Positions 1 to 8,118 of a stretch of 21,586 nucleotides of DNA are shown here, piece by piece. Under the pieces are notes generated by a model. That model was not told the DNA's origin. It made no database searches and was given only the letters and a program-made list of their open reading frames with translations. The stretch covers positions 1-21,586 of the forward strand of contig JANLPS010000470.1 of the NCBI GenBank assembly GCA_031367385.1, given 5' to 3'. This DNA comes from Archangium sp. (lineage in GTDB: Bacteria > Myxococcota > Myxococcia > Myxococcales > Myxococcaceae). The translations under genes were made by a program, and so were the position numbers. The first letter of the stretch is position 1, and the number at the start of each line of letters is the position of its first letter.

Positions 1-696
1 GTACACGTCGCTCACCGCGCCGTTGAGCCGAACGGTCAGGGTCTGGTCTCCCGGCACGACGATCGGCCGCTGGGTCAGCGCGTGTGGGCAGATGGGCGTG
101 ACCACCACGCAGTCAATCGACGGGTGAATGATCGGCCCGCCCGCTGAGAGCGAGTAGGCCGTCGAACCCGTCGGCGTGGCGAAGATGACTCCGTCGGCTT
201 TGAAGGTGGCCATGAACGCCGAGTCGAGAAACGTCTCGAGGTCGGTGATGCGGGCCAGCGCCGACTTGTTGATCACCACGTCGTTGAGCACCTCGTGCGA
301 GAGCAACAGCTTCTCGTGACGGTACAGCCGGCAGCTGAGCTTCATGCGCGAGTCGATGCGCGCCCTCGAGGCCAGCACCGCATCGAGCGCCCCGAACACC
401 TCCATCGCGGGGATCTCGGTCATGAAGCCCAGCGAGCCCAGGTTGATGCCCAGAATCGGAGTCGGCCGCCCTTTGAGCACCCGCGCGGCATGAATCAAGG
501 TGCCATCGCCCCCCAACACGATCACCAGCTCGGCCTTCTCGCACAGCTCGTCGTCGGTCGACGCCGGCCACCCGAGCTGCTCGCCGAAGTGGGCCTCGAC
601 CAACCAGGTCAACGCCGGGTAGCGCTCCCGCAGCTGCTTCGCCAGCGCGGCGGCTTCGGGTTTGTTCGGCTTGGCGACCAGCGCGATGGTTTTCAA
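1..696 (-). CDS. nadK: NAD(+)/NADH kinase, 3' end beyond the window's left edge
   Basis: Absent from the ORF track; translated by hand from TTG at 696: MKTIALVAKPNKPEAAALAKQL...VIVLGGDGTLIHAAR...ILGINLGSLGFM...LNDVVINK...ADGVIFATPTGSTAYSLSAGGP. Contains the GGDGT, ND and TPTGSTAYSLSAGG motifs of NAD kinases. GGAG lies 9 nt upstream (706-709). Confidence 0.95.
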   Translation of the reverse strand, partial: MKTIALVAKPNKPEAAALAKQLRERYPALTWLVEAHFGEQLGWPASTDDELCEKAELVIVLGGDGTLIHAARVLKGRPTPILGINLGSLGFMTEIPAMEVFGALDAVLASRARIDSRMKLSCRLYRHEKLLLSHEVLNDVVINKSALARITDLETFLDSAFMATFKADGVIFATPTGSTAYSLSAGGPIIHPSIDCVVVTPICPHALTQRPIVVPGDQTLTVRLNGAVSDVY

Positions 697-709
697 ATGA
701 GGGGGCTCC

Positions 710-791
710 GAATAAAGGGGACAGGCTGGTTTAAGTCGCCCGGACCTCGCGGTGAGAAGCTGTGACTTAAACCAGCCTGTCCCTTTTATTC
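710..791. repeat. Long inverted repeat (28-bp arms, 1 mismatch, 26-bp spacer); REP/MITE-like element or RNA hairpin
   Basis: 710-737 GAATAAAGGGGACAGGCTGGTTTAAGTC is the reverse complement of 764-791 GACTTAAACCAGCCTGTCCCTTTTATTC except at one position. AT-rich relative to the flanks. Confidence 0.9.
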
Positions 792-3700
792 ACGGCTTGG
801 TGTCGATCAAGCCTAGCGCGGGCATCTCGTCGGTTGTCTTGCGGCGTGTGGCCATTTCAATCACCACGTCTTTCATTTGACGCGACAAGACCCTGAACAT
901 GCCAGCCAGCAGCTCGGGGCGGTCAGACACCAGGTCGAGAAAGTCTCGTCGGTCGATGACCAGGGCGTTGGTGTCAGCGGTCGCAATGACCTCATTGACG
1001 CGCGGGGCGCCGTCGAAGAGCGAGGTTTCTCCGAATGACTGCTTCACCTTGAGGGTCAGCACCACCTCGCCGTCGCGGCGGGCTTCGACCTCTCCGTCGC
1101 TGATGACGTAGAGCGCGTCACCGGGGTCGCCTTCACCGTAGATGCGCTCGCCTTTGCGAAAGGTCTGTTCGCGGGCCACGGCGGCCACCGCGGCGAGGTC
1201 ATCGACGTCGCTCTGGGCGAAGATGTCGACGCCTTCGAGGGCAAAGAGTCGCTTCAGGGTCACGTCTCGCATGTCGTCTTCCTGTTCAGGCTCATTCCAC
1301 ACGCCCCACCAGCGCCCCACTTCGCGCGCACAGCTTCGCAGCACCACGTCGTCGACGAAGCAGAGCAGCTCGAGGGCTCCCGCGGCACCGGCCGGGTCTC
1401 CGGGGCCTTGGGTTCGATGCGGCACTTCGAGCTGGTCGGCCACCAGGTCGAGCTCTTCGGGCGAGAGCACGTTTTCAACCAGCTCCAACGCCCAGGCCCG
1501 GCGCTTGCTCTCGTTGCCGACCAGGTGGGCATGGGCTCGGCGTAGCGCGCGCGGGTCGTGCAGCAGCCCCAGCCACCAGAAGCTGATCTCGAAGTTTTGA
1601 TCGAGCCGGTCACCCACCACGCGGGTGAGCAGCGAGGCGTCTCCCAGCGAGGCGCGCAGGTCTCGAAACGGCGTAATCAGCAGCGAGGCCACCTCGGCCC
1701 GGCGCTCGAGCGCCTCGTACACCGTGGCCGCGTCGACGGTGAGCGTGGGGTGCTCCTCGTGCATGCGGCCCAGCGACACGCCGACTCGGTAGTGCAGCGA
1801 CGGGTCGTCACGGGAGTTCGAGAACAGCAGCGCCTCGAAGGCCGATTGGGTGCCGATTTCGCGCAGCACGCGGGGCAGCTGGGTGCGCAGCGCGAGCGAG
1901 CGATTGCGATCATCGAGGGTGGTCGCCAGCAGGGGCACCACGGGCTCGCCCAACTTGGCCAGCGCCGCACGGGCCACCCGACGCTCGTCACGCCACGACA
2001 AGAAGCGAATCAATCGGGGCACGAGCTGCACCAGCCGCGCTTCGCCCACCGAGGCGATCGCCACCCGTCGCACCGTGTTGTCGGAGTCGTCGAGGTACTT
2101 TTGCAGCGGCTCGATCACTCGCTCGCCGCCCACCCGGCCCAGCAGCCTTGCGACTTCTCGCCGTTCGGCGACCGGCGCGCGTGGGCCCCGCTTGAGCAGC
2201 GTGTCGAGCATGATCTGCGCGTTTTCGTCAGTGCCATCAGAGACTTCGAACATCGCCGCCACCGCCGCCGCGAGCAGCCCGGGGTCGGTGGTGGCGAGCA
2301 GCGGAGGCAGCACCACCCTCGCCCGCTCAGGGTGCAGGTGCGCGAGGGCCCAGACCGCCGCGTCTCGGGGCCGGCGCGCCGCCTGGGTGACCATCGCCTC
2401 GAGCGTCTCGGCCACGTCATCGAGGCCCAGCCGGTGCGCGAGGGTCACGCCGCGTTCTTGGAGCCGCTCATGCGGGTGCGCTAGCATCGCCTTCACGTGC
2501 GGCGCCGTCATGCGATTGGAGTGCTCGAGCAGGTCGACCGCCCGCATCGCCGTCTCAGGTGACGGGGCCGCGAGCATCTCGAGCAGCACCTGCCCTTCGG
2601 CGTCATTGAAGCTCGACGCCACGTCGCCCGAGACCCGCGACTGAACTGCCTGAATGTACCGGGGTCGAATGCGCCAGAGCAGAATCGCGATGCCGACGCT
2701 CAAGGCGAGCACCAGGGCCAGCACGCCGTTCGCTCCGACCAGGGCGGCGAGGCCGATCAGCAGCACGCCCGCCAGGCCCATGCCGACCTTGCGCAAGAAG
2801 CCATCGATGGTGCGCCGGGTGCGATCTCTCGAGGCGTCGGGCAGCGGCGCGTAGAGGAGCTGAATGGCGACCGGGAGCAGTGACCAGCTCGAGGCGCTCT
2901 CGAAGAGCTTGAGCACCCAGGCGCTCCACACCGAGCCTTGCGACCAGGCGACCAGCGAGAGCACGCCCATCGTCACGGGGAGCAGCGTCACGTAGGTCAA
3001 GATGCCCAGCCGCTTGAGCAGCGCCTCGGCCAGCGCGAACTGAAAGAAGACGCAGAACACCCCCGTCCACAGCTGGTGGGAGGCGAAGAAGTCGGCCATC
3101 TGCGGCTCGGCCAGCGCCGCCACCGCGCGCTCGCGAAAGACGAAGTCGGTGAGCTGGGTGATCATCGAGAACCCCAGCACCACACCGGCGATGAGTCGGG
3201 CGTAGGGCAGCTCGGTGATCTCTCTCCACTTCGCCTGGGGCGCCGGCGGCATGCGACTCGGAGCGGCGTCGGCACCTTGAAATTGAAAGACCACCGCGCC
3301 TGCGAGCAGCATCACGCCGCCAGCCGCGACCAACGAGATGGCCCCGGAGTGCCTCGCGAGCACCTGCGCGCTCAAGCCCCCGAAGATGGCCCCACCCATG
3401 CCGACCCCGTTGATGGTGGTGAAGGCGCGGCGGGCTTCGCGGGCGTCGAAGGCCTCTCCGGCGGTGCTCCAGAACGAGAGCGAGAGCTGGGTCGCCAAGG
3501 CTTCGGCGAAGAGGTAGGCGAAGAGTGAGGCGCCGGGCACCTCGAAGTACACCGCCGATGCGAAGAGGAGCGCCAGGACGCTGCCGATGATGGCCAGGCG
3601 ACCGGGAGTCTGCCGCAGCACGGGCTGAATCGCGGTGAGCGCGGCGAAGCTGCCGGTGATGATCGCCGCCGCCAGGTACAGCCACGGCAAGGCCTCAGAC

Positions 3701-3822
3701 GAGAAGCGCGAGAGCACCAGGGCGTTGGTGCCCGGCTTGAGCATCGCCACCGAGGCGATCAGAAAAAATTGAAACGCCGCGAGGGGCCACACCCGGGCGA
3801 CCCACGTTCTCGAAAGGTTCAT
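790..3822 (-). CDS. NTT/TLC-like (Npt1/Npt2-type) MFS transporter domain fused to HEAT repeats and a C-terminal cyclic-nucleotide-binding domain
   Basis: 1010 aa. The first ~385 aa are multi-TM with TLC-like motifs (LKPGTNALVLSRF, FWSTAGEAFDAREARRAF, QLLYAPLP...R.R..IDG). The middle has HEAT repeats (YLDDSDNTVRRVAIASVG, LAHPHERLQERG). The C-terminus is a cNMP-binding domain (FRKGERIYGEGDPGDALYVISDGEV...FGETSLFDGAPR). Confidence 0.85.
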   Translation of the reverse strand: MNLSRTWVARVWPLAAFQFFLIASVAMLKPGTNALVLSRFSSEALPWLYLAAAIITGSFAALTAIQPVLRQTPGRLAIIGSVLALLFASAVYFEVPGASLFAYLFAEALATQLSLSFWSTAGEAFDAREARRAFTTINGVGMGGAIFGGLSAQVLARHSGAISLVAAGGVMLLAGAVVFQFQGADAAPSRMPPAPQAKWREITELPYARLIAGVVLGFSMITQLTDFVFRERAVAALAEPQMADFFASHQLWTGVFCVFFQFALAEALLKRLGILTYVTLLPVTMGVLSLVAWSQGSVWSAWVLKLFESASSWSLLPVAIQLLYAPLPDASRDRTRRTIDGFLRKVGMGLAGVLLIGLAALVGANGVLALVLALSVGIAILLWRIRPRYIQAVQSRVSGDVASSFNDAEGQVLLEMLAAPSPETAMRAVDLLEHSNRMTAPHVKAMLAHPHERLQERGVTLAHRLGLDDVAETLEAMVTQAARRPRDAAVWALAHLHPERARVVLPPLLATTDPGLLAAAVAAMFEVSDGTDENAQIMLDTLLKRGPRAPVAERREVARLLGRVGGERVIEPLQKYLDDSDNTVRRVAIASVGEARLVQLVPRLIRFLSWRDERRVARAALAKLGEPVVPLLATTLDDRNRSLALRTQLPRVLREIGTQSAFEALLFSNSRDDPSLHYRVGVSLGRMHEEHPTLTVDAATVYEALERRAEVASLLITPFRDLRASLGDASLLTRVVGDRLDQNFEISFWWLGLLHDPRALRRAHAHLVGNESKRRAWALELVENVLSPEELDLVADQLEVPHRTQGPGDPAGAAGALELLCFVDDVVLRSCAREVGRWWGVWNEPEQEDDMRDVTLKRLFALEGVDIFAQSDVDDLAAVAAVAREQTFRKGERIYGEGDPGDALYVISDGEVEARRDGEVVLTLKVKQSFGETSLFDGAPRVNEVIATADTNALVIDRRDFLDLVSDRPELLAGMFRVLSRQMKDVVIEMATRRKTTDEMPALGLIDTKP

Positions 3823-4420
3823 TCAGCGGTGAAAGAGAGGTCGGCCTTGCCCAACGCCGAGGCCGCGCGAAAGGTCAGCGCCTCGCCTTGGGCCAGCGCC
3901 ACTTTGGCGAAGCGCACGCGGTAGCCGACCCAGAAGCTCTCCATGTACGAGTAGGTCGACCGCAGCTCGACGTTGGTGCGCCCGAGCCGCTCGACCGACA
4001 ACGGCTTGAGCTCTTCACCGTGCACCAGCAGCGCCAGGCGCCACATCGACGAGGCGCGATCGAAGTCATCGAAGTGCGAGTCATTGACGTGCACCGCGAG
4101 AAAGAACTCGGTGCCCTCGGCGAGCTTCTTGTTCTCGCTCTCGAGCAGGTCGGTGCGTTCGGCGGGCGGCAGTGACTTGAAGATGGTTTGCCGCTCGACC
4201 TTGGCCAGCACGAACTGCGGCGATTGCCAGGTGACGTAGAAGAACGCGCGGGTGTTGAGGTTGTCGTAGATGCCCTCATGCCGCGTGTACTGCTCGAGAA
4301 GCTGTTGGTATTTCGCCTCGGCGGCTGAATCGTCGACCGCGGGCGGCGCGTCTCCGGGCACGTGGGGCACCCGGCCGGTGGCGCACGCAGCCAGCACCAG
4401 CAGTGCCGCGACTGCCCGTC

Positions 4421-4424
<4 letters not shown>
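3819..4424 (-). CDS. Hypothetical lipoprotein
   Basis: 201 aa; MRRAVAALLVLAAC signal peptide with lipobox. 4-nt overlaps with both neighbours (GTGA at 4421-4424, ATGA at 3819-3822). Confidence 0.8.
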
Positions 4425-4998
<574 letters not shown>

Positions 4999-5002
<4 letters not shown>

Positions 5003-5778
5003 TTTTTGCTCTCCAAGAAGCCGACCAGCTCGACTGAGTAGCGAAGCTGTTGAAGCAGCGCTTCTTTGCGCTCGTCGTCGAGATCTTCGAACACGTCGGC
5101 GATCAGCGACAGGTCTTGATTGCACTGCCCCAACCGCATCGTCACGTCGCCCGCCAGCTCGTCGGCGTCGACCTCTTCTTCGACCGACTCGGGCCCGAGC
5201 GATGACTCAGTGGCCAGGGCCTTGTCGAGCATGTCGCGGGCAGCGGCGGTGAGGTGCCCTTCGGCCTCGAGGCGCTCACGGGCAGCCTGGAGTGACGATG
5301 GCTCGACCGAGCGTGAATGAATCGCGGCCGCCAACGCCATCATCATCGCGTCGGCGTCGCTCAAGTCAGTGTGAATGGTGGCGACGACTTTTTCTCGCTG
5401 CAGAAACCGCAGCGCGGCTACCCGGCGAAACCCTGAGATGATCTGAAACCGGTCAGCGTCTTTGACCCGCACGTCGATGGGAAAGAGCTGGCCCAGGCGC
5501 GCGATGTCGGTCGCCAGCGCCGAGATGTCTTCGAGCGACTCGTCGGAGCGGATCAGAAAGGTCTGATCATCGTCGAATCGATCGAGCCGCAGGGCCGCCG
5601 GCACTTCGAAGTGGTGCGGCATTACCGTCTCTTCGCTGGGCACTTCGGCGAAGTCGTCTTTGCCCTCTTCAGAGACCGGCACCACCGGCGGCGCTGACGC
5701 TGACTGCGCCGGCTCAGTCGGGGGTGTTTCACGCCCGGGTTCAGGCTCGGGAGAAGTGGTGGTCGGCTCGTCTGACAT
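4999..5778 (-). CDS. padC: PadC-like ParB/Srx-domain protein (bactofilin-associated ParA adaptor)
   Basis: 259 aa: Pro/Glu-rich N-terminus, ParB N-terminal domain ([17 protein letters not shown]...[13 protein letters not shown]), acidic helical C-terminal domain. Lies directly downstream of bacP as in the Myxococcus bacNOP-padC locus. Confidence 0.85.
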
Positions 5779-5787
5779 CGCGGTAGG

Positions 5788-6402
5788 TCACTTCTTCTTC
5801 TTGATGAGGACTTTCTTCTTACCCGCTTCAGCCATGGCCATCGGCTGCGGGGGTGGAGGCGGCGGCGGCTTGCTCTCGGCACGCGCCGGGGGCGCGACGT
5901 TGCTGCGCGCGGGGGTCGAGGTGGTGGTGGTGCTGGTGCGCGCCGGGGGCGGAGCGACCGGCTTGGCGATGGGGCGCGGAGGCGCGACGGCCGGGCGAAC
6001 CGTGGGGCGAACCAACGGGCGCTGAGTGGTCGGGCGATCTGACGCCGCGCGGGGCTCGGCGTTGCCCATGTCGACACGGCCGCGAAAGCTCGCGCCGTCG
6101 ACGATGATCACCCGAGGTGAGCGAATGTCGCCCACCATGCGGCCCTCTTTGGTCAATTCGACCGACTCGGTGGCGGTGATGTTGCCGACCACCACGCCCG
6201 AGACGATGGCGTTCTTCACCGCGACGTTGGCCTTCACGATGCCCGAGGGCTCGACGATCAACGTCTTGGTCAACGACACTTCACCTTCGACGCGGCCCCG
6301 AACGGTGAGATCTTCGTCACCGGTCAGCTTGCCGCTGATGAGAATCGACGGCCCGATCACGGTGCTGTCCGACGTGGCACCGAACTCCCTGGTAGCGGCC
6401 AT
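5788..6402 (-). CDS. bacP: Bactofilin BacP
   Basis: Bactofilin beta-helix (TVIGPSILISGKLTGDEDLTVRGRVEG...IIVDGASFRGRVDM), then a long Pro-rich tail ending KKKVLIKKKK, the BacP architecture. Confidence 0.9.
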   Translation of the reverse strand: MAATREFGATSDSTVIGPSILISGKLTGDEDLTVRGRVEGEVSLTKTLIVEPSGIVKANVAVKNAIVSGVVVGNITATESVELTKEGRMVGDIRSPRVIIVDGASFRGRVDMGNAEPRAASDRPTTQRPLVRPTVRPAVAPPRPIAKPVAPPPARTSTTTTSTPARSNVAPPARAESKPPPPPPPQPMAMAEAGKKKVLIKKKK

Positions 6403-6406
6403 TCGG

Positions 6407-6730
6407 TCATCGCTCCTTCACGTCCATGTCGACGTTGCCCTTGAAGCTGGCCCCGTCGGCAATCAGAATGCGCGGGGCGCGAACGTCGCCCACCACGCGG
6501 CAATCGGCTTTGAGCTCGACTTTTTCAGTCGCGGCGATGTTGCCCGTCACGCGGCCGGCGATGTCGACGTTCTGCACTTCGATGTCGGCTTCGACCACGC
6601 CCGAGGCTTCGACGAAGAGGCTCTCTTTGAGCGAGATCTTGCCCTTCACGGTGCCCTGAATGACGAGGTCTTCATCGCCCGAAATTTCTCCGTCGATGAC
6701 GATGCTCGAACCGATGATCGTGTTCGCCAT
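6407..6730 (-). CDS. bacO: Bactofilin BacO
   Basis: 107 aa bactofilin domain (IIGSSIVIDGEISGDEDLVIQGTVKG...IADGASFKGNVDM); middle gene of the trio; AAGGAAG upstream. Confidence 0.9.
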   Translation of the reverse strand: MANTIIGSSIVIDGEISGDEDLVIQGTVKGKISLKESLFVEASGVVEADIEVQNVDIAGRVTGNIAATEKVELKADCRVVGDVRAPRILIADGASFKGNVDMDVKER

Positions 6731-6768
6731 GTGTTCTGTCTTCCTTTGGTGTGAATCGTTTTGAAAAA

Positions 6769-7113
6769 TTAGATGTCGTCGGGCAGCTTGACGTCCATGT
6801 CGATGGAGCCGTTGAACACCGCTCCATCTTCAATGACGACGCGAGCGGCTTTGATGTCGCCATTCACCTTGGCCGACTGGTTGATCGACACCTTGGTGCC
6901 AGCGTCGATGTTGCCACTGGCGGTGCCGTTGATGGTCAGCTCGTCGGCCCGAATGTCGGCCTCGACGATGCCCGAGCCCTCGATGGTGAGCTGGTTCTTC
7001 AGGTTCACCTGGCCTTCGACGCGCCCCTCGACGACGAGGTCACCGGCGCCAGTGAGGCTGCCGCGAATGGTGATGCCTTTGCCAATAATGTTGATCTGGT
7101 CACTCGTCGCCAT
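6769..7113 (-). CDS. bacN: Bactofilin BacN
   Basis: 114 aa bactofilin domain (IIGKGITIRGSLTGAGDLVVEGRVEG...IEDGAVFNGSIDM); first gene of the trio. Confidence 0.9.
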   Translation of the reverse strand: MATSDQINIIGKGITIRGSLTGAGDLVVEGRVEGQVNLKNQLTIEGSGIVEADIRADELTINGTASGNIDAGTKVSINQSAKVNGDIKAARVVIEDGAVFNGSIDMDVKLPDDI

Positions 7114-7210
7114 ATGCGTGCGAATTCCCTCTGTGTTTTAGCTGCGTTAACGCGTCGGTCGTTCTTCATGACGCGGTGCGCGTCGATGCCTCAGCGGCGG
7201 GCACCGTATG

Positions 7211-8044
7211 TCAGCAATGCGCTGAAATCCATTCAACAATATCGGCAATGACGCGGGCCTTCTCGACCTCGGCCCAGATCTCATGCCGAAACCCGGGGTA
7301 CTCCTTCCACGTTTTGTCGGTTGACCCGACGGTGTCGAAGAAGGCGCGCGCGGCCGGCATCGAGGCGATCGGGTCGGCGCCACCGGCCAGGTAGACGACC
7401 GGCACGACCAGGTCTTTGCCCCGCCCGGTGAGCTGCTCTTGGGCCGCCTGGGCCTCGAAGAACCAGCGCGGGGTCAGCACGTGCAGGTACATCGGGTCTT
7501 CGAGCGACGACTTCTGCCAGGCCACGTCGGTCGAGAGGTCTTCGACCTTGAGCTCGTTGCTCAGGTGCAGCCCGGGCATGATGTTCTTGATCAGCTTCGC
7601 GCCGAAGAGCTTGAGCGGGGGCGCTTGCAGCGCCAGCTTGTAGAACGGAGAGCTCAGCAGCAGGCCTTTGAGGCCCTCGGGTCGCTTCAAGGCCCAGTGG
7701 GTGGCGATCAGCGCACCCAAGCTGTGGGCGAAGAGAAAGGTGGGCTTGCCGTTGGCGGTGGCGCGCACTTTTTCCCAGAACAGGTCCAAGTCGCCCAGGT
7801 AGTCGGTGAAGTGGGTGACGTCGGCACGGCGGCCGTCGGCTTTGCCGTGACCCCGGTAATCGACCGCGATGGTGCCGATGTCTTTCTCGGCGAGGGCCTG
7901 CATCACCCCCAGGTAGCGCCCGGAGTGATCACCGTAGCCGTGCTCGATACCGAGAATCGCCTTCGGCGCGTCGGGCATCAGCGAGCGCCAATACAGCCGG
8001 GTGTTGTCTTTCGCGGAGAAGAAGCCTTCGTCTGTACGCGCCAT
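7211..8044 (-). CDS. agmH: Alpha/beta hydrolase, lysophospholipase/monoacylglycerol lipase family (AgmH-like)
   Basis: HGYGDHSGRY oxyanion motif, DYRGHG, AHSLG nucleophile elbow, D in ADPI and H in GFRHE. Start placed at ATG 8044 (MARTDEGFF, 277 aa). The gene symbol rests on the position next to bacN. Confidence 0.85.
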   Translation of the reverse strand: MARTDEGFFSAKDNTRLYWRSLMPDAPKAILGIEHGYGDHSGRYLGVMQALAEKDIGTIAVDYRGHGKADGRRADVTHFTDYLGDLDLFWEKVRATANGKPTFLFAHSLGALIATHWALKRPEGLKGLLLSSPFYKLALQAPPLKLFGAKLIKNIMPGLHLSNELKVEDLSTDVAWQKSSLEDPMYLHVLTPRWFFEAQAAQEQLTGRGKDLVVPVVYLAGGADPIASMPAARAFFDTVGSTDKTWKEYPGFRHEIWAEVEKARVIADIVEWISAHC

Positions 8045-8087
8045 GGAGGGCGGCGACCTTATCGGCAATTGCGAAGGTTACAGTGCC

Positions 8088-8118
8088 AAAAAGCGGGGCG
8101 AACCGCTTTCGGCCCGCT
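8088..8118 (-). terminator. Probable Rho-independent terminator after the Cys-rich lipoprotein gene
   Basis: Minus strand reads TAGCGGGCCGAAAGCGGTTCGCCCCGCTTTTT: AGCGGG/CCCGCT and CGAA/TTCG stems (or AAAGCGG/CCGCTTT) followed by a T run, overlapping the TAG stop. Confidence 0.6.

Noticed and set aside
113..765. ORFs 113-571 (-) and 295-765 (+)
   Set aside because: Alternate-frame or antisense shadows of the NAD kinase gene.
5003..5125. Arg-rich N-terminal extension of PyrE
   Set aside because: It overlaps padC in another frame; GTG 5002 has an RBS, a stop/start overlap and gives a normal PyrE length.
8060..8090. Sigma-54 promoter upstream of agmH (TTGGCAC on the minus strand)
   Set aside because: No GC at the required GG-N10-GC spacing.
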